64,000 nucleotides of DNA from a virus (Duplodnaviria > Caudoviricetes). The position numbers and the translations under genes are program-made. Below the pieces are notes generated by a model. That model was not told where the DNA came from and ran no database searches. It saw nothing but the letters and a program-made list of their open reading frames with translations. Below are positions 9,821 to 19,305 of this stretch, in pieces (the first letter of the stretch is position 1; every line of letters begins with the position of its first letter). The stretch is taken from IMG/VR virus record IMGVR_UViG_3300021139_000006, positions 6,646 through 70,645 of that record; one strand, 5' to 3'.

Positions 9821-12800
9821 TTAGTCTTTGTCTAGTAAATTACCCTCATCTAATACAGATAAATCCTTAGGTTTCTCACTTTCAAATAGTTGGATTTTTT
9901 TACCAGGTTTGATTTTCTCTAAATCAGATTTCTTCAAACCTTCATTATATATACCTTTTCTAGGATTAGGTTTTAGGCTATCTTTCTTGTATTTGTCACG
10001 CATCTCTTTCTTTCCGAATGGATCTCTTCCAGCAAAAGAGCTATCTGTGCCGTAAGAAGAAGCGTGTAATACCGGTCTGCCTATAGTCTTTTTCTCATCA
10101 TATCCATCTGGTACGCTTTCTGGGCCTGAAGCATTGTTTTTGTAAATAGATGCCAGGTCATGTGGTGTTCCATAAGATACTCCGGATAAAGCTGGGTCAT
10201 TACCTTCCTGCTCAATCTGAGTGTATCTGAATTTACGTTTAACATCTTCAGCTATCAGATCACGCTCCCTATTGATTTGGTCTTCACTCATTTGGAATAT
10301 ATTGTCGTACACCCAATCGGTTGATAACAAATTCTTTTCTTGCATTTGATTGGCTAAATCAACCTTTTCTTTTAGTAAAGCTATACGTTCTTGCTCATGT
10401 AGAATAGAGGGCCTAGCTAAGGTTAAGTCAAAATTAGCTAAGTCAGCATCTTCATAACCCAATAAGGTAAGGTGCACCTGTGCTATCTTGTTCAATTGAG
10501 TGATAGCCATCCTTTGTATGTACTCTATGGACTTACTAAAAGTCAGAGATAAACCGGATAAAGTGGAGTTTTTTATAACAACCCCTGCACTTGTAAGGAA
10601 ATTGTGGTTTTCATTTTTATCATAGACTTCCATGTTGTAAGTGTCCGAAGTGTAGTCAAGAAACTCGACTGAAACTACTTTATGGTTATATGTTTTTCCT
10701 ACATAGTTTGTAAGAGGTTCACCTAGTATTTTTTCAAGCCTCTTTACAGCTAACTTACCACAATTTGTTTTTATTTTAAAATCCTCTAGAGAGTTACATC
10801 CTTGTAGCTTTTCTATAAGAGCCTCTTTTCTAAGTATGGTTTCTCTTCCTTTTACAAAGCCAAAGTGTTCATTTAAAAACTCAGCCATATTTACACCTGC
10901 TATATCAAAAGCTTCTTGAAATATAGTCATATTATACCCCATTTTTGGAGCTAATTTATATCTAGTATTTATTTCTGATTTATCCCCTTTATAACTATTA
11001 ATAAAATCAACTACAGATTGTATACTTGGCCTTTCTATCCATTTATAACTGTTACTCCCTCTATTAAAATCTGGATTAGACTCTATCCACTTTCTTTGAC
11101 CTTCTCTTAGCTTAGCTTCACGTGCAGGAAAAGTTCTATTTGCTACAGATCTTAATTTTTCTCTTGTACTGTCTGTAACTTTTTCTATAGCTATCTTACT
11201 TTTTTCTTCGAAAGATAAAGATAGCCAAACATTCCTTAATCTGTTTTTAGATTCAGGATCTTTTTCGCACTGTTTAGCCATATTTTCTTTACCAATTTGA
11301 GAGGCTTTCTTCCTATACTCTTCTCCTTGTTTAGTAGCCTTAGCCTTCTCTTTAGCACTATTTGACCATATACCTTTTTCTGCATTAGCTACATGTATAG
11401 CAGAGTGTTCTCTGTAAGTACATCTTTGTAAGTTGTCAGGTTGATTATTATACCTATTGTAATCTTTATGATGTACTACAATTAAATCATCCCTTTTAAA
11501 TTTGCCTTCTTCATTAAAACCATTATTCTCTAATTTATCATTAAAATATTCATCTACCATCTTGTGTGTCAATACCCACTTTTCTATATTTGGTTGATAA
11601 ACATGCTCGTAATCATTTTGATTATTTCTTAATTTTTCAAACTTACGATAAACTGCTTGAAGAGAGTCCCCTTCTTTCAACTCTTGTGCCTCTACCCTTT
11701 CCCCACCTCTTCTTACAAATCCGTGGTCTGGTGTAGTTATAAGACTTTCTCCATTATCTAAAGTTACTTTTACTAATTTAGCATTTAACCTTGTCTTTTC
11801 AGCTTTTACTACTTTACCGGGTATAATTGCATTTGTTTCTTTATCATAAGAGTAAACCCATAAATTAGGATTACCTTCTGATTCAAATAAATCAGCTATC
11901 TCTTTTATAGTTTTTTCTGTACCATTTAGTAAAGGTATCTTTGTATCCGGATGTAAACATTTTCCGTTTAATTCATCAGAATAATTAAGAAATGCCTTAG
12001 GTACTTTAAGTGCTGAAAACATCTTATTGATGAAATAGTTCATATCATCCATACCTGTGTACTCAAGGCCTTTAGCTGTATCAATTCTAGTTAGATTATC
12101 TCCACTACGTACGGGAATGTGAAAGTCTTCTAACAAATTCATCATGTTGAACTTGTAGTTGAATTGCCCAGTTTTGTGATCAAATAATGGTGTACGTTTT
12201 TGATTAGATATGTGCTTCTGCATCATAGCATCCACCTCATTTGGAGGAAGATTTCCTACATTGTAGTAGAATACCCTTTTCTCAGCAGATTTAGTTACAC
12301 GATGGGTTACTGCAGCATCCTCCATCATGGTATATGCCTTGAATAATTTACGTCCATTTTCGAGCCAACTTTTACCATAAGGAAGGAAATTACTGTCCTT
12401 CATCAGCCTAAAATGAGCTATCTCATAGTTTTCGTAAATCCTATGATTACGAGATTGGTTAATCGAGCTTATACCCCCCATAATTGCTCCTGGGTCCTGT
12501 ACAAACCTAACATACTCTCCGTTATTAGCGTCTAGGCCTTCTTCCCTTACCATTTCGTATGGGGATAGGGACTTTACCCCATAAACTCCAAACTGGTCTG
12601 ATAGACGCAATAAAAGAAAAAAATCACCATACTTACAATATGACCTTATCCACATTGGTAAATTGAATTCAACATTCAATACGTTGTAAAAAAGATTGTA
12701 TAATTCATCTTGTACGTTCTCAGAGGATGACCTGACAGATAGCATTTCATTATTCATCTCATTAGGTTGAGTAGCCTCTTCACATAGTATGTCTAAAGCG

Positions 12801-13072
12801 GGTCCAACTAATGCATCTAAGTCCATTGCTTCGTAGTCTAGGTATAGTTGTGCTCTTGTTATCTGCATCCCATAGCCTATACCTGGCTCTATTAGAGAAC
12901 TATTAGAGTACAGTCTGGTATATCTATTTGCAAGCGTATTTTGTTGTAAATTTCCAAATGCTTGTATGTTATTGAAATCAGATACTTTCAAGAACTTACC
13001 TCCTGCCCTTTTAATTATAGTATCGGTAGTAAACTTCTGTTTTAGTTGTGCAAATAAAGCTTTATTAGCCAT
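9821..13072 (-). CDS. gp20: Portal vertex protein, T4 gp20-like, intein-containing
   Basis: MEDAAVTHRV, EKRVFYYNVGNLPP, MNLLEDFHIPVR and ALKVPKAFL motifs; about 619 aa after intein removal. Confidence 0.93.
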   Translation of the reverse strand: MANKALFAQLKQKFTTDTIIKRAGGKFLKVSDFNNIQAFGNLQQNTLANRYTRLYSNSSLIEPGIGYGMQITRAQLYLDYEAMDLDALVGPALDILCEEATQPNEMNNEMLSVRSSSENVQDELYNLFYNVLNVEFNLPMWIRSYCKYGDFFLLLRLSDQFGVYGVKSLSPYEMVREEGLDANNGEYVRFVQDPGAIMGGISSINQSRNHRIYENYEIAHFRLMKDSNFLPYGKSWLENGRKLFKAYTMMEDAAVTHRVTKSAEKRVFYYNVGNLPPNEVDAMMQKHISNQKRTPLFDHKTGQFNYKFNMMNLLEDFHIPVRSGDNLTRIDTAKGLEYTGMDDMNYFINKMFSALKVPKAFLNYSDELNGKCLHPDTKIPLLNGTEKTIKEIADLFESEGNPNLWVYSYDKETNAIIPGKVVKAEKTRLNAKLVKVTLDNGESLITTPDHGFVRRGGERVEAQELKEGDSLQAVYRKFEKLRNNQNDYEHVYQPNIEKWVLTHKMVDEYFNDKLENNGFNEEGKFKRDDLIVVHHKDYNRYNNQPDNLQRCTYREHSAIHVANAEKGIWSNSAKEKAKATKQGEEYRKKASQIGKENMAKQCEKDPESKNRLRNVWLSLSFEEKSKIAIEKVTDSTREKLRSVANRTFPAREAKLREGQRKWIESNPDFNRGSNSYKWIERPSIQSVVDFINSYKGDKSEINTRYKLAPKMGYNMTIFQEAFDIAGVNMAEFLNEHFGFVKGRETILRKEALIEKLQGCNSLEDFKIKTNCGKLAVKRLEKILGEPLTNYVGKTYNHKVVSVEFLDYTSDTYNMEVYDKNENHNFLTSAGVVIKNSTLSGLSLTFSKSIEYIQRMAITQLNKIAQVHLTLLGYEDADLANFDLTLARPSILHEQERIALLKEKVDLANQMQEKNLLSTDWVYDNIFQMSEDQINRERDLIAEDVKRKFRYTQIEQEGNDPALSGVSYGTPHDLASIYKNNASGPESVPDGYDEKKTIGRPVLHASSYGTDSSFAGRDPFGKKEMRDKYKKDSLKPNPRKGIYNEGLKKSDLEKIKPGKKIQLFESEKPKDLSVLDEGNLLDKD
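10568..11959 (-). mobile_element. Intein (464 aa) with HNH endonuclease in portal
   Basis: Begins CLHPDTKI, block B TPDHGF, HNH motif VHHKDYNRYNNQPDNL, ends TYNMEV..HNFLTSAGVVIKN followed by Ser+1. Confidence 0.92.
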
Positions 13073-13104
13073 GTTATGTTCTTTTGTATTGTTATAAATA
13101 TAAT

Positions 13105-14745
13105 TTAACTACCAAGTACCCAAGAATAATCTTCCATTTCACCCGTTACAGGATTTGGCATTAGGTAATTACTTGCCCTCCTATCTATATTGCTACGTAT
13201 AACAGTCTGAGGTGTTGTTGATTTTATAGATCCAAGACATGCTCTTTGCATATCTGTACTGTTTGATGCGTAGGCTAATGCGGTACCTCTCAGGTAAGTT
13301 CCTATTGCTAATGGAATCAACAAGTCATCGTTAGCCCCAGATTTAGCTACAGGTTTAGGACCTTTCCAAACAAATGCCCTCATTTCAGCATAAGCCCTTT
13401 TAGACCTTATTTTTATAGATTTTTCTTCTACAGCATTCTTGAATGATTGCAGCATGGGAATCCTAGTGGAGGTTGATGTGGTAAATCCAGGGGTCATCTT
13501 GTCTTCATCCATGTATTTGTTTAAATATTGACTAACATTGGTTGTATCACCCTTTAACGACTTGTATACATTCCTGTATCCAGAATCAGTAACGTAACTG
13601 CAGGTGGTATTACCTATGCCTGTATTTTCCGCTATAAGTAGTGCATTATTATACTCTATGCATACCGATACAGCGAAATTTGCCAGTTCCTTAGGTCCCA
13701 TATCCCCCATATATTCACCTATTTGGTCTCCATTTAATAAATCTATTATCTGCATGGTGGAATAATCTAACCCATCACCTCTGGAGGTATCTAGTATAAC
13801 CGCACAGTTGGCTACTTCTTCTGGGAATTTCCATATCCAGAATGCATTATCCCTTCCTCTTGCCTGTACAGGCTCTTCTAAATTGGCTTTTACCCAATCT
13901 AAATCTTCTGGCTCAAAGAATGTGTTACCTGAGCTAATCATCTCGGCGTCACATTCTTGTTTTGCAAGACGTTTACCAAGCTCTTGATCTTGTTTATCTC
14001 TCCACTCCTGTGTATGCTCTGGGTGAACTCTCCAGTCTAACTTTATGGGCAGGTATTCATTATTACCTAGCTCTGCTTTTGAGTATAAATCTGCGAATTT
14101 ATTCTCTGTACCTTCTGGGGTTGATAATACTATACACTTACCTCCTGTAGCTAGTGTTTGTTGAGCTGCTGCATAAGTCTCCTCTGCGTCTTCCACGAAT
14201 GCAAACTCATCATAAATAAGAAAAGAGGCTGTCTTACCTCTAGCAGAGTTCTTAGCTCCGGATATTACCTCAATCTTTGATCCGTTAGATGATACTACTT
14301 TCTTTTGGTTTTCTTCTTTGGTAGTTGAATTGGATAATTCAATCATCCATTTAGGTAACTCCTCAAAAGCAAACTTAAATTTATCCATTACGGCTTTAGC
14401 CATATTGGTAGTTGGAGCCATACAGAGTATGGAGGAGTCATTTTTAAATAGAAATAGCCAAAGTGCGTATGCTGAAGCTAAAGTGGTAACACCTAGCTGA
14501 CGGCTTTTAAGGATAATGATGCGGTCCCTGGTGTGCATCAGATGTAAAAGCTTCCTTTGGAAAGGGTATAATTGGAATTTACTTCTACCTCCGGACGTGG
14601 TCTGAATCCACACATAGGTTAATATGAAGTATTCAGGGGATTCCATACACTTTTTGTACTCTGATAAAGCTAGTTCTTTCAGGTTTATAGGTCTGGCTGC
14701 TGGTGTATTAGGTGTTTCTGGTTTTTTGTTAACTGCTTTTGCCAA
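13105..14745 (-). CDS. terL: Terminase large subunit, gp17-like
   Basis: YPFQ Q-motif, Walker A KSRQLGVTT, Walker B LIYDE, STP coupling motif, nuclease motifs LDTSRGDGLDYS and NDDLL. Confidence 0.95.
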   Translation of the reverse strand: MAKAVNKKPETPNTPAARPINLKELALSEYKKCMESPEYFILTYVWIQTTSGGRSKFQLYPFQRKLLHLMHTRDRIIILKSRQLGVTTLASAYALWLFLFKNDSSILCMAPTTNMAKAVMDKFKFAFEELPKWMIELSNSTTKEENQKKVVSSNGSKIEVISGAKNSARGKTASFLIYDEFAFVEDAEETYAAAQQTLATGGKCIVLSTPEGTENKFADLYSKAELGNNEYLPIKLDWRVHPEHTQEWRDKQDQELGKRLAKQECDAEMISSGNTFFEPEDLDWVKANLEEPVQARGRDNAFWIWKFPEEVANCAVILDTSRGDGLDYSTMQIIDLLNGDQIGEYMGDMGPKELANFAVSVCIEYNNALLIAENTGIGNTTCSYVTDSGYRNVYKSLKGDTTNVSQYLNKYMDEDKMTPGFTTSTSTRIPMLQSFKNAVEEKSIKIRSKRAYAEMRAFVWKGPKPVAKSGANDDLLIPLAIGTYLRGTALAYASNSTDMQRACLGSIKSTTPQTVIRSNIDRRASNYLMPNPVTGEMEDYSWVLGS

Positions 14746-14884
14746 TTGGTTCTTTTTTCTTTTGATATTTTTCTCTAGCCTTAGCGTCTATTACAGCTTT
14801 GTTCCGTGTGTAATAACGCTTGGTAGCTTCGTTTTTAGCTTCTTTTACCTGCTCTTCGGTTGTATATTTTTTAGTCCTTCCCAT
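14729..14884 (-). CDS. Small basic protein (51 aa), possibly DNA-binding or a homing-endonuclease remnant
   Basis: Manual translation MGRTKKYTTEEQVKEAKNEATKRYYTRNKAVIDAKAREKYQKKKEPIGKSS fills the gap between the two terminase-like genes. Confidence 0.5.
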   Translation of the reverse strand: MGRTKKYTTEEQVKEAKNEATKRYYTRNKAVIDAKAREKYQKKKEPIGKSS

Positions 14885-14887
14885 TAC

Positions 14888-15646
14888 CTACAATTCAAAA
14901 TTGTTTATATGTTGAAGGGCTCCGTTATCTATGTAATAGCAAGAATGGGCTTCTACTTTTGCTTTTTCTTTGCCTTTCTTAGCTACTTTTTTATTAAACC
15001 ATTTTTCAGTTCTTTGCTTGCTTATGTTACTTGGTATCTCTATGTACTGACCTTCAAATTCTCCTTCACGAGCTGCTACACACTGTTCAAGAAATTCAGA
15101 TTTATGGTATAAAGTTGAGGCTGTTACTAAACATCCTTTTGGTTTCAATTTCTCTTTTAATCTTTCTTGTGTTTCTCTTAAAGTTGTCACAAAATCTGCG
15201 TTTTCTATTATAGCTAGGTCTATTTCATCTTCTGGTATTTCTTCGGATGGGTCTATTATGTACAACTTAGAACCGTTTTTTAGCTCAATATAGAATGGGG
15301 TCTGTGATTCAACAATTACAAAGATAGGCAATTTATTGAAAGAATACATTAGTAGGTCAATAAATTCTTTGGCTATTATCTTGCTAACACTTGTTACTAC
15401 TATTTTTGTGTTCGGTCTGAATACCATCATCCAGGCAGAGTATGATGTAAGCATGGTAGTTACACCTACCTTCCGAGCAGAGTTGATGAGTATTTCCTTT
15501 GTCTTCGGGATTAATCTAGTGATCTGCCATTGGTATTTTTTAGGAATTATCAATTCAATCCTGTGGCCATAACTCATCACTTTCCATTCATTCAGAAAGA
15601 AATCTTCAAATGAGGATGAATATTTTTGATAAAGGCTTTGACTCAT
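14888..15646 (-). CDS. Terminase-ATPase-like paralog with degenerate motifs and no nuclease domain
   Basis: KKYQ, SARKVGVTT, LKNGSK, LAIIENADF and TAST are collinear with the ATPase motifs of the adjacent TerL. Confidence 0.75.
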   Translation of the reverse strand: MSQSLYQKYSSSFEDFFLNEWKVMSYGHRIELIIPKKYQWQITRLIPKTKEILINSARKVGVTTMLTSYSAWMMVFRPNTKIVVTSVSKIIAKEFIDLLMYSFNKLPIFVIVESQTPFYIELKNGSKLYIIDPSEEIPEDEIDLAIIENADFVTTLRETQERLKEKLKPKGCLVTASTLYHKSEFLEQCVAAREGEFEGQYIEIPSNISKQRTEKWFNKKVAKKGKEKAKVEAHSCYYIDNGALQHINNFEL

Positions 15647-16260
15647 AACTTTACTTTCCAGTAGGTTCCTACACCGTACACAATCTTACCTGTTATATCT
15701 ACCCCTGCTTTTACCTGGAATAATCTGTCAGATTTGGTCTTGTAGATAAGTCCGGCCTCTGCTGAATTTACTAATGAAGGAAGGTTACCATTAAGTGCTC
15801 CTCCTACATACAGTTGATTCTTAGGTATACAAGGTTCTTTTATGGTTATGGTGTTGGTAATTGTTGGGTATTTGAAATTTAATATATATCCTACCCCTTT
15901 TATTTTATTCTTGAATATGGTATCCATGATGTATACCTTGGAACTATCAAATTTGATAGAGTCTTTGTATATGTTCTCTGCTAAGAACATGTCTCTTAGA
16001 GATTCAAATTGAGTTCTTAGTTTACTGTAGTTTGTGTCTGGTATAAAAAAAGTATCCTTTGATTTAACCACATAAGGAATTGTCTTTGTAATAGTTGGAC
16101 TTGAGCCTTTTATGGTGTCTCTATGAGCCAACCATTGGGTGTCTCGTACTATTGTTACGGTTGGTCCTGGTATTGTAATGTTTCCACAACGTTGTAGAAG
16201 CATGACAAATAGTAAAACTAAGCATATGATGCTTAATAGGTTTTGTTTTATGTAATTCAT
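15643..16260 (-). CDS. Membrane-anchored or lipoprotein-like protein, possible spanin
   Basis: N-terminal hydrophobic helix ending LLQRC; C-terminal amphipathic beta strands ending YWKVKL. Confidence 0.45.
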   Translation of the reverse strand: MNYIKQNLLSIICLVLLFVMLLQRCGNITIPGPTVTIVRDTQWLAHRDTIKGSSPTITKTIPYVVKSKDTFFIPDTNYSKLRTQFESLRDMFLAENIYKDSIKFDSSKVYIMDTIFKNKIKGVGYILNFKYPTITNTITIKEPCIPKNQLYVGGALNGNLPSLVNSAEAGLIYKTKSDRLFQVKAGVDITGKIVYGVGTYWKVKL

Positions 16261-16320
16261 AATGTTAGAGATAGGGGGAATTACCCTACACTAATAAATA
16301 TCAAGATAAATATCATTAGA

Positions 16321-16728
16321 CTATTTTCCAGACTTTAGCTTCTCAGTATAGCCTCTCATAAGAGTATTCCCCATTAGATAAGCTTCATCTTCCATTTCTT
16401 TTAAGTGTTCGGAACCTTTTGTGTAATCGTCTGATACCCCACCTATCTTATCCTCAGCTAAGTCTCCTCTGTGCCCTTGCAATACATGAATAAATTCATG
16501 TGAACAAGTTCTTAAACAGTCTTTAGGAGAACGCCCATTTGTGAATATAACTACAACGTTTTGTTCAGGGTCATAGTAACCTGTTTTATCCAGTATATCG
16601 TCTGGGTTATTCTCATTTGAGAATATGATTTGAGGATAAGGTTTAAGATTAAACCCTTGTTGTCTGAAATAAAGAACAAGTCCTGCTATATGTTGCTTAA
16701 GTGATTGGAGTTGGGATGGTGTCATCAT
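16321..16728 (-). CDS. Zincin-like metallopeptidase
   Basis: TGYYDP..LRTCSHEFIH (HExxH)..EDEAY. Confidence 0.75.
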   Translation of the reverse strand: MMTPSQLQSLKQHIAGLVLYFRQQGFNLKPYPQIIFSNENNPDDILDKTGYYDPEQNVVVIFTNGRSPKDCLRTCSHEFIHVLQGHRGDLAEDKIGGVSDDYTKGSEHLKEMEDEAYLMGNTLMRGYTEKLKSGK

Positions 16729-17264
16729 TAGCTTTCTGTTTCTGGTTCTTTTGGATTAGGGCCGGCTGGTGCCTCTTCAGTAGGAGTTCCCCCCTTTTCT
16801 ATTGCTTGTGTTTCTAAGTCTGGATTCTTGGTGTCTATTGGGTTTTGTCTTAAGGCTATACCTATTTGGTCTAGGCATTGTTCATACTGGGAACCTACTC
16901 CTAAATCGTATATTTTACCTAGAACTCTAGCTCTGAAGTAATCTGATGGAGTGTAGTTCTTAGGGTTGCTTACCATACTTGGTGTGGGATCATATTTCAA
17001 ATCCATGTAATTGGAGTTCTTGAATATGATACGGAAGGTGGTAGGTCTTTTTTGTATGACTTTGATATCAGTAACGATATCTTTTATTTCTTTGTCGGTA
17101 ATTGGACTAGGTTCTTTTTGAGATGTAAGAGTACGCATTAGAGTATACCTCAACTTAGGTGATTTAGACAAAACCTTGTCCATATCAGATTCTTCTGCCT
17201 CTTGTGATTGTATATCTGCCTCCGCTATATATTTACGGAAATTTTGAAAAGTAAAGTCTGGCAC
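16728..17264 (-). CDS. Hypothetical protein, possible internal head protein
   Basis: N-terminal KYIAEA resembles a gp21 cleavage site. Confidence 0.5.
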   Translation of the reverse strand: MPDFTFQNFRKYIAEADIQSQEAEESDMDKVLSKSPKLRYTLMRTLTSQKEPSPITDKEIKDIVTDIKVIQKRPTTFRIIFKNSNYMDLKYDPTPSMVSNPKNYTPSDYFRARVLGKIYDLGVGSQYEQCLDQIGIALRQNPIDTKNPDLETQAIEKGGTPTEEAPAGPNPKEPETES

Positions 17265-17268
17265 TATA

Positions 17269-17943
17269 TTAAAATTTTGGTAGTTTTTGGATATCCTTCT
17301 GGAGGTAATATATTAAGTCCACAAGCTGTTGAATATGGTCTATTTGCTCTTCAGATAGTATATGTTTTTTATTTACCCATACAAGACTTACCATACCTTC
17401 GTATACGGTACCTCCTATCTTGAAGTCATATGACATTGCAATCTGGTATCTCTCCATCATTCTTTTGTCATCTCCGTCTAATTCGTCTGTTTCGATAACT
17501 GCGTAACCTTCTTGTGATTTGTCTACTTTATCTAGGATAGTTCTGAAATAACCTGCCGGTATGTTTTGGAATGTGTCTATAAGTGGTGCTACAATTCCAT
17601 CTGTTTTCTCTTCAATCATCGAAACAAAATTCATTGAAAACCCGAAATGTGTTTTAGTTCCGTTATGATATGCATACAAGCAAGCTCTGGAACATTCTGT
17701 ATAACCTTGTAATTGTATTAAGATTTCTTTTATCTTCTTTTGAATGTCGTTATTGTGCTGTAACGACTTGTCTATTTGTTGATTTTTCCTCTCCTCTTCT
17801 TTTCTTAGTCTTCGTCTTGCTACTGATTTCTCTACTGCATCTTTTATATAAACCCCTAGAACTGTTACTATACTTGTAAATGCTGCTATTATTAAGTTAG
17901 TTGAGTTGTACTGAACTTGGAGGATTATTTCGTTAATCATCAT
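17269..17943 (-). CDS. Single-TM protein with GAF-like domain, possible T4 holin T-like
   Basis: One N-terminal TM segment, a coiled coil, then an alpha/beta domain (YHNG..FSMNFVSMIEE). Confidence 0.45.
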   Translation of the reverse strand: MMINEIILQVQYNSTNLIIAAFTSIVTVLGVYIKDAVEKSVARRRLRKEEERKNQQIDKSLQHNNDIQKKIKEILIQLQGYTECSRACLYAYHNGTKTHFGFSMNFVSMIEEKTDGIVAPLIDTFQNIPAGYFRTILDKVDKSQEGYAVIETDELDGDDKRMMERYQIAMSYDFKIGGTVYEGMVSLVWVNKKHILSEEQIDHIQQLVDLIYYLQKDIQKLPKF

Positions 17944-17946
17944 GAG

Positions 17947-18213
17947 TTATATGTGCAGTTTAGTTACTTTTATTTTAAGGTTATCGGTTCCTTTTATTAA
18001 TCTATGGAAAATATCTCTCTTAATAAATATAGGTTTGTCTATAATGGCAGGTAACTCGTCATCTATTTGAATCTTCCAATCTGTGGTGTGTAGTGGTTCA
18101 ACTATACGATCTTCTCTGTCTCTGTGCCAGACCAGCTCTTCTTCAGGTACTTCTTGGGAAAATTCTCTAATATAATAGTCTTGTTCTTTCAGTTCGGTAA
18201 ATGGATATTGCAT
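17947..18213 (-). CDS. Small cupin-like protein
   Basis: WHRDREDR and FIKRDIFHRLIKG cupin-like metal-binding motifs. Confidence 0.6.
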   Translation of the reverse strand: MQYPFTELKEQDYYIREFSQEVPEEELVWHRDREDRIVEPLHTTDWKIQIDDELPAIIDKPIFIKRDIFHRLIKGTDNLKIKVTKLHI

Positions 18214-18410
18214 TGTGCAAAAATAAGTATTAATTCGGATATTTTCCGAATTATTGATAATGGATTATCATTTTTTCTAGTAAATTTGATAATGATTAAA
18301 TTACACCACCCCTTTTAGCGAGGTCTCCTTCGCTGTTAAAAGTATCTAGAATTCAATCTGATTAAGGTTTTTGAATAATATTTTGTCGCAAATTTATACT
18401 ATAATTGAGA

Positions 18411-18690
18411 CAAAAAAGAAACCCCCTATTGTGAGTAGGAGGCTTACCTAGGTTCAGAAACCTAGTATTTTTTGCGGCCCGGTACGTCTACCAAGTCGGC
18501 TTTTTTGTTACCAGAGGTAACATAACTAACAAATGATTTGTTAGCGGGGCTTTACGCCCAAAATGCAGACTTTCTAGAGTTGCATTCGGGGAAGCAGTTT
18601 ACTCCAAATGGAAGGATTCACACAAGTTAACCTAGAATCTGTATCTAGGTGCAAAGACTTACGGTATCTATACCTACTAGTAATAAAATC
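18411..18690 (-). ncRNA. Putative structured RNA (tandem hairpin array); strand uncertain
   Basis: At least seven consecutive hairpins in an ORF-free region, ending in a terminator-like hairpin plus U-tract on the minus strand. Confidence 0.45.
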
Positions 18691-18691
18691 G

Positions 18692-19303
18692 CTACCAGTA
18701 TCCTGGGATACTTCCTCCTTTACCTGCCGACTTGCCTCCTAGATTCAGAAGTCTAGCATAGCGAGTGAGATGACAGCTCCAGTATCCTGGTTTAGTCTTG
18801 TCTTTCTTTGCTGGGCAGTTCATTCTGTCTGAAAAAGCTTTACGAGCTTTAGGGTCTGTTATCTTAGAAGATAGACCTCCATGCTTGTCTCCAAATGTAA
18901 CCTTAATTACCTTACCGGTTTTAGGGTTGTGTGTAAAGACTACATACTTTTTACCTGAACCTGAATTACGCCTAGGGTGATTCAACTGGACACTCTTTCC
19001 ATGGAACTCGGCTTCCATCAATAGGTAATCCTCAGTAAGGGGATAATCTAAAGGAACTCTTATACCATTGTATTCACCAAACTCACCTAAGTCTGTTTCT
19101 GTTAAAATCTCTGTGTCAATCGTGTCAAGGACAATGTTACCTTCTTGAAGAAGTTCTCTAGCCTCACGGAACAAATGATAAAAGCTATTAGAGCCTGGGC
19201 GATAAATCGATTCATTTAATGGTGTTTGTGTTTTTATATGGTATTGGAGACCTTCAGATAAGGTTGACATATCGGAGGCCTCCATTAGGATTTGTTTACC
19301 CAT
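18692..19303 (-). CDS. Phage protein with basic Cys-containing C-terminal domain
   Basis: KKYVVF..KVTFGD..DPKARKAFSDRMNC..GYWSC; several L-x-E sites. Confidence 0.6.
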   Translation of the reverse strand: MGKQILMEASDMSTLSEGLQYHIKTQTPLNESIYRPGSNSFYHLFREARELLQEGNIVLDTIDTEILTETDLGEFGEYNGIRVPLDYPLTEDYLLMEAEFHGKSVQLNHPRRNSGSGKKYVVFTHNPKTGKVIKVTFGDKHGGLSSKITDPKARKAFSDRMNCPAKKDKTKPGYWSCHLTRYARLLNLGGKSAGKGGSIPGYW

Positions 19304-19305
19304 AA

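Noticed and set aside
18430-18506. Third kissing-loop leader
   Set aside because: Loop complementarity is only about 5 nt including a G-U pair, and no plus-strand gene follows
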